Positions 1 through 8,825 of a stretch of 64,000 nucleotides of DNA are shown here, piece by piece; within the stretch, counting starts at the first letter, position 1; each line of letters begins with the position of its first letter. Source of the stretch: an uncultured delta proteobacterium (lineage in GTDB: Bacteria > Desulfobacterota > Syntrophia > Syntrophales > UBA2185). The notes below the pieces were generated by a model that saw only the letters and a list, made by a program, of their open reading frames with translations, was not told where the DNA came from and did not search any database. Both the position numbers and the translations under genes were made by a program. The stretch spans positions 1 to 64,000 of the forward strand of contig CAVSPA010000014.1 of NCBI GenBank assembly GCA_963729715.1, given 5' to 3'.

Positions 1-570
1 CGCGAAGCTGTGGATCACGCCCCTCGGCCCGAAATTCTTGCGGAAATTGGGAAACTCCGGATCGTTAGCCTTCGGATAGTCGGGAAGCTCCGGCTCCTCT
101 TCCGCATTCAGATGATAGAGATTACCGTAGAACTCATCAAACCCGTGCGCGGTCGGCAGCATCTCGTCCTTGTCGCCGAGATGGTTTTTGCCGAACTGCC
201 CGGTGGCGTATCCTTGCGCCTTCAAGAGTTCCGCAATGGTCGGATCCTCCTTGCGGATGCCGAGATCGGCGCCCGGCAATCCAACCTTGCTCAGACCTGT
301 CCGGAAGACGCTCTGCCCCGTGATGAAGGCCGAGCGTCCGGCGGTACAGCTCTGCTCGCCATAATAGTCGGTGAAGATCACCCCTTCTTTGGCGATAAAA
401 TCGATGTTGGGGGTGCGATACCCCATCAGGCCGTTTGTGTAGGCGCTGATGTTCGACTGGCCGATATCGTCGCCCCAGATAATCACGATGTTGGGCTTTG
501 TAGATGAGGTTTGCGCTGCGGCGCAGAGCGGAAACGCCAACGCAAATGCTGCGACAAGCAAAGATCGCAT
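1..570 (-). CDS. Arylsulfatase (formylglycine-dependent sulfatase), secreted; runs off the window start
   Basis: Not in the ORF track; read from the reverse complement. AGGAGAG RBS, then MRSLLVAAFALAFPLCAAAQ (signal peptide), KPNIVIIWGDDIG, TPNIDFIAKEG, QSCTAGRSAFITGQ (C-x-A-x-R sulfatase motif), GYATGQFGKNHLGD, HGFDEFYGNLYHL. Confidence 0.93.
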   Translation of the reverse strand, partial: MRSLLVAAFALAFPLCAAAQTSSTKPNIVIIWGDDIGQSNISAYTNGLMGYRTPNIDFIAKEGVIFTDYYGEQSCTAGRSAFITGQSVFRTGLSKVGLPGADLGIRKEDPTIAELLKAQGYATGQFGKNHLGDKDEMLPTAHGFDEFYGNLYHLNAEEEPELPDYPKANDPEFPNFRKNFGPRGVIHSFA

Positions 571-811
571 TTACTCTCCTAACCGAACTCGAAGACTTGA
601 AGAAACACCAATCAAGGGAAGCAGATTGAGCTAAGATCGCATCAGCTTTTTGCTGACTTTATTCTGACGGGTACGCAGTTGTTGATACGTCCGCCCGGTA
701 GCGCTGCAAAGGCAAAGATTCATCTTCTCACGAGGTCGTGATGCGAAAACGATACCGGCAGCCATCACGCACAGGACGGGCTCGGAGATGGCTGCCGTAT
801 TCGCTGCGTGT

Positions 812-1020
812 CTAGCGGCAGGCTACCCAGGTGCGGCAGACGCGGCGACCGCTAACAATGTGATAAGCGGAGCGCCGTCTTCCGCCGCCACCGCCGACCT
901 TGCCGCCTTCGGACTGTCCGCAGGCGTCTTATTCCCGCCTGAGAGGGTGACGGCTTCAGCCCCCGCGATCGAAAAGCAAAGACAGGCGGCCGAGAGAGCC
1001 ATCGTGAGCAGTAACTTCAT
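812..1020 (-). CDS. Small secreted hypothetical protein, possibly frameshifted
   Basis: AGGAG RBS, ATG at 1020, signal-peptide-like MKLLLTMALSAACLCFSIAGAEA. In-frame stop at 823; an alternative frame gives a plausible C-terminus ...YHIVSGRRVCRTWVACR* ending at 812. Confidence 0.5.
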
Positions 1021-1286
1021 GATTTTACTCCTAGATTTAAACAAACCTTCCTCGGTCGCGGGATATTAACACAGATTGATTTTATTGCCAGGACCGCAAC
1101 ATTAAATTTCAGGCGCAAGGCACAGGCGGGGAACTCCTGCCACCTCCGACAAGAGAAGTTCCGGCTAATGCTGACAAACGAAAAGTCCGGAGCAGGCCTT
1201 GCGCGCGTCCAAGTCGCGCCTCTTCGGCAGGCTGGCGAGATTCGAAGTGTTGGGAAGTCGGAAAAAGTTGTCAGCCGGTTCGAGGC

Positions 1287-2778
1287 CTACGCTTTCAAGA
1301 CGCTTTTGGCTGCGCACTGTAATCGCCATCCCGGTCCGGCCGGATCGTAATCGAGCCGGACTTCCGCGTCGAGCGCATCCTCGGCCATCCGTACAAGCAC
1401 GGTCTGGCCAAACCCTTTGCTGCTTGGGCTGGCCACAGGCGGCCCATCGCGCTCCGTCCAGCCTATCGGAAAACGGCGCCGCCTTCGCCCGTCAGCGACC
1501 AGTCGAGAAGGATATATCCCGTCTCGTTCGAGAGCGCCCCATATTTGCTTGCGTTGGTCGCCAGTTCATGCACGGCCATTCCGATCGTCTGCGCCGCCGA
1601 TGCATTGAGTTCGACTGCGGGGCCTGTAAGCCCCACCCGCGATCCCAGCGCATCCTTGAAATGGGCGAGCTGCGAGCGAATGAGATCGAGAACCGCCACG
1701 CCCTTCCACGTGTTGCCGACGAGCAGATCCTGGCTGGCGGCGAGCCCCCGAATGCGCTCGGAGAAAAGCTCCACGAACTCCTCTCGCGTCTCGGTTCGCG
1801 CCGTCTGGCGCACGATCGCCTGGACCACGAAAAAGGTTCTTGGAGCGATGGTGAACTTCCCGAAGCGCATAGGACATCTGCTCTTCACTGAGCTTTCGCG
1901 CCGTGATGTCGAAAGCGACGCCCACCATGCGGTACGGCTCGCCGCCGTCGAAATAAACCCGCCCCTTCGCTGCGATCCAATGAGGAAGGTCTGGCCAGAC
2001 CGCCCGCATCTCGACATCGTAGTCCTTGCCGCGGCGGATCGCCTCAGACACCGCCGCGTCGATCCTCTCGCGATCGTCAGGGTGGACGAGTCCAAGAATA
2101 CCGCGTAACTCGTCGGCGCATCGAGAGACAATCCGAACAGCGTCTTGCAGCGATCGGTCCGGAAGCTCCTGCGAGCGCAAATCCAGCTCCAGCGCCCGAG
2201 GTTCGCCGCCTCCTGCGCCAGTTGCAAATCCGCTTCGCTTTCGCGCAGCCGCGCTTCGATGCGGTCGCGTTCCTCCTCCGCCTTTTTCCGCTTGGTGATA
2301 TCCTCCACGACCGAGATGAAATAATCGATCGAACCGTTCTCCCGCCTCGCGGCGCCGACCGTCAATTGATCCAGATCGGGGAGCCATCCTTGCGGATGTA
2401 GCGCTTTTCCATGCTGAAGTGAGAAATCGCCCCGGAAAGGATGCGCTGTCGCTGAGCGAGATCGGCGGCGATGTCGTCGGGATGGGTGATGTCCCGAAAG
2501 GTTTTTCCGGCGAGCTCCTCGGCCGAATATCCGACGATTTCGCAGTAACGCTTGTTGACGAGAAGCCACTCCCCGCTGAGCGCGACATGGGAGATGCCGA
2601 CGGCGGCGTTCTCGAAGGTCGTCCTGAAACGCAGCTCGCTCGCGCGAATGCGAGCTTCGGATAAATCGTGGCTCGGGGTTTCCAGATCGCTATCCGGCTG
2701 GAAAGAGACATTGACTTGCTCGGTCATCCGGGCGGCCGGATTGATGTCACTGGGGACAAGTTTTGTAACCAAACTCAC
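1287..2778 (-). pseudogene. PAS-PAS-HWE-type sensor histidine kinase, split by several frameshifts (sequencing errors or decay)
   Basis: Consecutive pieces lie in different frames: PAS (FRTTFENAAVGISHVALSGEWLLVN...THPDD), PAC (DYFISVVEDITKRK), second PAS (VHPDDRERI...VGVAFDITARK), H-box LREVHHRSKN, N-box AVHELATNASKYGALS, and C-terminal W-T-E-R-D-G-P-P-V...KGFG ending at TAG 1287-1289. Confidence 0.85.
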
Positions 2779-3057
2779 ATTCCCTTCTACACTGTTACCC
2801 GCACAGCTTCAACCTGAGATGCCGTCCGGCAGGTTGACCTCATCGTGAGCTGGTCGAGCCATCGGCCGCATCGCTTGGATATCGCCTTCGCGTTGCCCGC
2901 GAGTGCGAGAGGACGCTTCGCCGCCTTCGCCATGCCGGAAACGCCAACGGCGTTATCCGTCGCCTTCCCATCGGCGGCGGTGGAAGGAAGCCCCCGCTTC
3001 GTGCCAACAAAGATAGATCCACGCATGGTCGCCTCGATTTCGGCTCGGGGCGGCGCC

Positions 3058-4481
3058 ATGGATATTTCTTGGACCACGATCACTCAAACCATCATCGCGA
3101 GCGCGGTCGGCGGCTCGCTGGTGTTTGCCGCCGGTCGGGCGTTGAGAGCGTACCCGAAGGTCAAAGCCAAGCGCGAGACGCGCCCAGCGGATGGAAAGAA
3201 ATTCACGCTCCTCGTCGCCGAACTCGAAGGCGATACGAACAAAACTCAAACCGACCACATCATTTCGGAGCTTGAAAGACGGTTTCCGCAGCACGGCGAC
3301 GTTGTCGCTTAATCTGCCTTATCCGGAGGCGCTTTCGCTTGGCCACGGCGAGCGAGCCAAGGCTTGGAAGCGGCGGAAAAACGCGGCCAGGACTGGCTTT
3401 ATGTGAAGAATGGCGATGTCCTGATCTGGGGCAAAGTCGCGGGAAAAAGTCCTACGGCTGCGGTTTCTGCCGAACCGCGGCGAAGGCGGCGGGGAAAAAT
3501 CTTATGCGCTGAATGAGACGCTGGAACTGCCGGTCGATTTCGGCTCCGATCTCGGCGCAGTGTTGGCGGCGCAGGCAGCAGCCGCGATCTCGCCCGTCTA
3601 CGACAGAAGCGGCCAAGCGCTTGCCGCTCTCATCGCGCCGATCGTGTCCAAGCTGAAACCGCTCGCCGAAAACCCGCCTGTGAGTTTTCCGGATAAGACG
3701 CGGGCGCAACTCTGGCATGCTTACGCCGCCGGTGAATACCGCCTTGGCGAAGAGCGTGGCGATAACGTTCGTTTAGCGTCTGCAATCGCTTTTTACAAAA
3801 AGACGCTCACCATTTGGACGCGCGACAAGGTCCCGCTGGACTGGGCCACGACGCAGAACAATCTCGGCGCCGCTCTTCAAGCGCTCGGCGAGCGGGAGAG
3901 CGGGACGGCGCGTCTGGAGGAGGCGATTGCGGCCTGTCGCGCGGCGCTTCTAGAACGGACGCGCGACAAGGTCCGCTGGACTGGGCCATGACGCAGAACA
4001 ATCTCGGCATCGTATTGGAGTGCTCGGCGAGCGTGAGAGCGGGACAGCGCGTTTGGAGGAGGCGGTTGCGGCGTATCGCGCGGCGCTTCTGGAATGGACG
4101 CGCGACAAGGTCCCACTGGACTGGGCCGCGACGCAGAACAATCTCGGCATCGTGCTTTCCACGCTCGGCGAGCGCGAGACGGGACGGCGCGCTTGGGAGG
4201 CGGTTGCGGCCTATCGCGCGGCGCTCCAGGAGCGGACGCGCGACAAGGTTCCGCTACAATGGGCCACGACGCAGAACAATCTCGGCATTGCGCTTCGAGC
4301 GCTCGGCGAGCGGGAAGCGGAGACGGACAAAGCGAAGGGCTGCGCGACGCTGAAGACGGCGCGAGATCATTATGCGGCGGCGTTGGAGGAATTCCAGAAG
4401 GCGGGCGCGAGCTATTATGTGGAGGGGACGCAACGCAATGTTGCGCGGCTCGATGGCGTCATCGCGCGGTGTTGCGGGTGA
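3058..4481 (+). pseudogene. Membrane-anchored tetratricopeptide-repeat protein (RDKVPLDWAxTQNNLG repeats), frameshifted
   Basis: N-terminal hydrophobic helix. Continuous homology across ORF fragments 2845..3312, 3191..3406, 3560..3991 and 4020..4481. Repeats TRDKVPLDWATTQNNLGxALxxLGERESGTARLEEAVAAYRAAL. Confidence 0.85.
3815..4320 (+). repeat. Intragenic tandem repeat, about 3.6 copies of a 141-bp (47-aa TPR) unit
   Basis: Units begin (T/C)GGACGCGCGACAAGGT at 3815, 3956, 4095 and 4233, giving spacings of 141, 139 and 138. Confidence 0.9.
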
Positions 4482-4560
4482 TGCGAGCGGCGGAAAGTTA
4501 TCAAGCCGGAAGCGGCGCGAAGCGCGTTGCGAAATGCTGGCTTGCAGGCCAGCGTCGTAG

Positions 4561-4690
4561 CCCCTCACCCTGTCCCTCCCAGCGAACTTGCCTCGGCGAG
4601 TTCGCTGCTCAAAGTGACCGCATCAGCAAGCGGATGCGGTGGGAGAGGGAACGCCGTCTCAACCGGTGCGGCGGAACGCCCTCTCCCGGG
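4561..4690. repeat. REP-like palindromic element with nested hairpins
   Basis: CCCCTCACCCTGTCCCTCCC...GGGAGAGGG outer arms enclose hairpins CAGCGAACT/AGTTCGCTG and ACCGCATC/GATGCGGT. A second CCCTCTCCC arm at about 4679-4687 has no partner. Confidence 0.65.
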
Positions 4691-5279
4691 CGAACTGCAG
4701 ACCATCCGGGCCGGTATTGTCAACAGCTTGACCGAATGGAAGAACCGTTGCGGCAGCGGTTTGGCGGACGATACAGCTCTTGTGCTCGTTAAGGCGACGA
4801 TCACCCACTTTGCCGCTCGACTCGCTGAAGTAGATAAGGCTATCGCCGGAACGATCGATAACGATCCCGATTTGAGCGCCAAGCGTGATCTGTTGTTGAG
4901 CATTAGCGGCGTGGGTGAAGTGCTTGCGGGGCTTGTGGTTTGTGAATTGCCGGGAACCGATGTTCTCCGCTCAAGCGCGCAGGCCGTCGCTTATGTTGGA
5001 TTGAACCCGCGGTCGCATCGGTCAGGCAGTTCGATCGACCGGCCCACGCGCATTTCCAAAATTGGCAATGCTACGCTGCGCAGTGCATTGTACATGCCGG
5101 CGCTATCGGCGATGCAGCACAATCCCGTGGTCGCAGCTCTCGCTAAACGGCTTAGGGCTCAAGGCCGCCTTAAGGGCAAACAGATTGCGGTGGCGGCGAT
5201 GCGCAAGCTGCTGGTGCTATGTTTCGGCGTGCTCAAGAGCGGCAAGCCATTCGATCCCGCGTTAGCCATGCCGAATTAG
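4690..5279 (+). pseudogene. IS110 recombinase/transposase, C-terminal (IS116/IS110/IS902, Transposase_20) fragment
   Basis: LLLSISGVGEVLA...AYVGLNPRSHRSGSS (catalytic Ser loop)...ISKIGNATLRSALYMPALSA...AVAAMRKLL. The N-terminal ~50 aa of the 4527 ORF are translated REP sequence, not DEDD. Confidence 0.88.
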
Positions 5280-5591
5280 CAGCACACGGCCGCAGCACAT
5301 TAATCGCGACGGCGGATGCAAACAAAAATCGCAATCTGAGCCAGTTTCTTTGTTCGGTTTGAATGGCCGTTTCTTCGCCCCGGCCTGCGCACAAAAGGGC
5401 GCTGCGCGCAGGGGCTGTCAAGACGGGCCATAGGCCCCCGCGAAGCGGCTTGGTCTTGATGGCCCCGAGCACGGCGCCATGCTTACGGCGAACAGGGCAT
5501 TCACAACTCAGGCGCCGGTTTCCTGGATCATGGAAAATCAACCGGCGAAGCGCCAGAACCCAATTTTGCTCTTCAAACGGTCACGGTATCT
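4690..5591 (+). mobile_element. IS110-family insertion sequence remnant (left end and DEDD/RuvC domain missing; right end retained)
   Basis: C-terminal half of the transposase, followed by about 310 nt of non-coding DNA ending TCACGGTATCT, which resembles the ACAGTATCT right end (CT core) of IS621-type IS110 elements. Confidence 0.75.
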
Positions 5592-6078
5592 ACCGCGATA
5601 AAAAAGCCCATAAGTAAGCATACAAGTAGTTTTGGAGGCAAAGCGCCATGATCGAGGCGCCCCTGCGACAGCAACAACCCACCCCCGGCTGCCCCTCAGC
5701 ATGAGACATGCCAAAAACGCTGCAACTGGCCAAGCCGTTTTCTGAATCCGGGGGCTGGCGCCGAGGCACGTTTGCGCTTCGAGCCGTCGGCGGCCAATCC
5801 TCTGACAGAATTCGTGGCTCTTCAGCAACATAGTTGCGTCTTTTTCGCCTTATCCAATCGTTTCGGGCGGCGATGAAGCCAAGAATCAGCTTACTTACTA
5901 AGTTTAGAGCTGCTGCGACTGTCGCCGTGTCATCTGCTCTTCTAGCGGAGCCAGTGCCTTGGCCCATGCGGGTGGCTGCAAAGGATGCTGCACCGCTGCG
6001 TCTGTTTGGGCTGCTTTCTACGCCAGAACCTCCGTTTCATTTTTGATAACGGAAAGCTAACAAAGGACACGAGGAGCG

Positions 6079-6761
6079 ATGCGCCAGATAATTTTGGGCG
6101 CCGTAGGGGCTATTGCGCTTGCGGTTTCTGCACAAGCGGCTGATCTTGCCGCTGGTCCCGGTGGATTGAAGGACAACTACGTGCCGGCTGCCAGCTGGAC
6201 CGGTTTCTATTTTGGCGCGCATGTGGGCGCTCTTTATCAAGGGGGCAACCTTACGCTCGGCGGGACCGATCGGCCGGGGCCGGACATGACATTCGACCCT
6301 AACCTCGGCACGCTTAACGCTATTGGCGGCCTCGTTGGAGGCTACAATTATCAGGTCGGATCTATGTGCTGGGTGTTGAAGGCGATGTGGGGTGGACCAA
6401 TTCGCTGGCCAAGGTCTTGAGCGGCAAGAACTGCACAACCACGGCCGGTGGCATAACCGACGCAAATTCATGTAACAACTTTTACAATTGGCATTCGTCA
6501 AACGACCTTTCGGAAGACGTGACGAGCCACATCCGGGGGCGACTGGGTTACGGGGCTGGCCCGCTTCTGCTTTATGTGTCGGGAGGCCTCGCGCTCGCAG
6601 AGGCCGAATCTCAAGATCACCGGCTGGTGCAATATACCGGGGGACTGCGTAAACACCTTTCACGGCGGACCCGGCAACACCACTCTGGTCGGAGGAAGCA
6701 TAGGCGCGGGCGCAAAAATACGCCTTGACGCCCCACGTCACCATCCGCGGTGAGTGGCTCT
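6079..6761 (+). pseudogene. Outer-membrane beta-barrel protein (Omp25/Omp31/RopB family), frameshifted and truncated at the junction
   Basis: GAGGAG RBS; signal peptide ...SAQAADL; SWTGFYFGAHVG; GGLVGGYNYQ; VLGVEGD; IRGRLGYGAGPLLLYVSGGLA; final strand [14 protein letters not shown], then an abrupt loss of homology. Confidence 0.85.
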
Positions 6762-7520
6762 TTTCGCCTGAAGCTGCATGTCCATCTCGCTAATCTCATC
6801 CAGCAACAAGGTACCTCCATCAGCCAGTTCGAATTTACCTAATCGTCTCTGCACTGCACCGGTAAAGGCTCCCTTCTCGTATCCGAACATTTCGCTTTCC
6901 AGAAGAGTGTGGGGAACGGCGGCACAGTTAACGGCAACAAAGGGCATAAGTGCTCTATTGCTGTGACGATGAATATACCGGGCAAACAGCTCCTTGCCTG
7001 TGCCACTTTCACCTTGAATCAGAACGCTGGACTTACTTTTTGACACACATTTCAGCAATTCAAGTAAGGAAATAATTTTCTTATCGCAGGTAATAATCTC
7101 TTTGGAAGATGACTGCGCTTCTTCTTTATCTCTAGACTCTCCTTCACTTGTTACATGATGCGATAATACATTTTTTACAACCGACTCGAGGTCTTCAAGG
7201 GAAAAGGGTTTCATTATAAAATCAGAAGCGCCCTCCTTCATGGCCTGAACCGCCGTATTAACAGTGCCGTAAGCAGTTATCACGATGACATGAGTTTTCG
7301 GTGAAATCTTCTTGATACCTTTCAGCAATTCCATTCCGCCCACTTTGGGCATTCGCATATCCGTGATGACGACGTCAAACTGCCCTTTGCTAAATTTCTT
7401 CAGGGCATCTGCGCCATCCACTGCTGCTTCCACTTGGTACCCGCAGCTCAGGAGAGATTCAGATAAGGCCATCCTCATAGATGGTTCATCATCAACTACT
7501 AAAACCGGCCTCTCATGCAT
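6762..7520 (-). CDS. Sigma54-dependent response regulator (REC-AAA+), FleR/FlrC-like; 3'-truncated at the junction
   Basis: REC domain ([15 protein letters not shown]), Walker [15 protein letters not shown], Walker B LLDEISEM. Ends at LQAK where LLRVLQE is expected; the rest of the AAA+ domain and the HTH are absent. Confidence 0.9.
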
Positions 7521-8793
7521 GTCTATCACCTAAGATGTTTTGATATTTAACGACTTCAGACCTACTCGTCTGTCGAAACAGAGGTAAGGTAATACTGAAG
7601 ACGGTTCCTTCCCTTTCCGTGCTCCCCACATCAATAGACCCACCGTGGGCATGAACAATATTGTGAACGATCGCAAGGCCCAAGCCGGAGCCCCTCTCTC
7701 TGGTGCTGAAAAAAGGATCAAATATCTTTTTCAGATTATCTCTCGTAATACCGATACCCGTGTCTGAGATCTTGACTTCAACGTTTCTCATGCCGTCTTC
7801 TGAGCGCAGGGGAGATACAGCCGTTTCAATTCTCAGACTTCCGCCGTCAGTCATCGCCTGTATGGCGTTTAATAAAATGTTGAGAAAAACCTGCTTGAGC
7901 ATCTCGGCGTCACCTCTCACACAGGGATCAATGTCTGAGTACTTAACCGACAGCGATATGTCTTCCTGTTTGATAATTGGGTCGGAAAATTGAAGCACTT
8001 CCTTCACTATGCGATGTAGGTTAACCTTCCTCATCAGGGGATGCTTCTGCGTTGTGAACAGCAGAAGGTTGGAAATTTTGTTGTCCATATTCTTTACCGA
8101 GGTGATAATATGCGACAATCTTCCATGATGCCTTTTCTCTTTCATATCCTTCATTAACAACGAAGCGAATAGCTCAATACTCCCAAGGGGATTTCTCATC
8201 TCATGCGCTATATTTGCTGCCATCTCCCCCATGGCTATGAGCTTTTCCGTTCGTTTCGCCATTTCCTCCAGCTTCTCGACCCTTGTAACGTCGCGCAATA
8301 TAAAAACTTCCCCTATGATTTTGCCCTGTTCAGCCCTCATGGGGGACGCGAAGATCTCTATGATCCTGTCTTTCAAATTCACTTTCTTGCCCGTGTCCGT
8401 AAAATAATCCGCATAGGATGATGCATTTCTGTCGAAATCCGTGAGATCACCAAATAAAACCCCTATATGTTTTCCTGTAGCCTCATCCTGTGAGATATTG
8501 AAAAACATTTCTGCCCACTTGTTTAGCGTTGTTATCCATCCGTCGATGTCTGTGACAACAACGCCGGTGGTCAGGCTTTCAAGTATGTTTCGGAGATAGT
8601 TCTTTACCTCCTCTTTTTCCTCAATTGTTCGCTTCAGCTCCTCATTTCTCAATTCCAATTCCCTATTTATCTCTTGAAACTTCAGTTCAAGACTTGCAAA
8701 AGAGTTCTGAAGCCGTTCGGTGGCTTGATTAAATTCATTGAAGGATTTTTGTAGGAAGAGATAATGGTCTTCTGCCATTTCTTGATCATTCAT
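7513..8793 (-). CDS. PAS-domain sensor histidine kinase, FleS/FlrB-like
   Basis: N-terminal coiled coil ([15 protein letters not shown]), PAS, H-box [19 protein letters not shown]-box [27 protein letters not shown]. Overlaps the start of the regulator. Confidence 0.9.
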   Translation of the reverse strand: MNDQEMAEDHYLFLQKSFNEFNQATERLQNSFASLELKFQEINRELELRNEELKRTIEEKEEVKNYLRNILESLTTGVVVTDIDGWITTLNKWAEMFFNISQDEATGKHIGVLFGDLTDFDRNASSYADYFTDTGKKVNLKDRIIEIFASPMRAEQGKIIGEVFILRDVTRVEKLEEMAKRTEKLIAMGEMAANIAHEMRNPLGSIELFASLLMKDMKEKRHHGRLSHIITSVKNMDNKISNLLLFTTQKHPLMRKVNLHRIVKEVLQFSDPIIKQEDISLSVKYSDIDPCVRGDAEMLKQVFLNILLNAIQAMTDGGSLRIETAVSPLRSEDGMRNVEVKISDTGIGITRDNLKKIFDPFFSTRERGSGLGLAIVHNIVHAHGGSIDVGSTEREGTVFSITLPLFRQTSRSEVVKYQNILGDRHA

Positions 8794-8825
8794 GATAATG
8801 CCCAATCCCTGTAAATATTCATGCT

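Noticed and set aside
10..507. 165-aa plus-strand ORF
   Set aside because: Antisense shadow of the arylsulfatase, which has the RBS, signal peptide and catalytic motif on the minus strand.
3815..4320. Regularly spaced conserved DNA blocks resembling a CRISPR array or DGR template/variable repeats
   Set aside because: The whole 141-bp unit is conserved and codes TPR helices. There are no unique spacers, cas genes, reverse transcriptase or adenine-specific variation.
4527..4690. N-terminal extension of the 250-aa IS110 ORF as a novel domain
   Set aside because: It is chance read-through of the GC-rich REP-like palindrome from a TTG start, with no DEDD motif.
1..6760. Left segment as a horizontally acquired genomic island
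   Set aside because: No integrase, att site or tRNA at the boundary; both flanking genes are cut mid-domain; the error profile differs between the sides. An artefact is more parsimonious.
6738..6761. C-terminus RATHRGW of the FleR-like ORF as a natural short variant
   Set aside because: It comes from the antisense strand of the porin across the junction.
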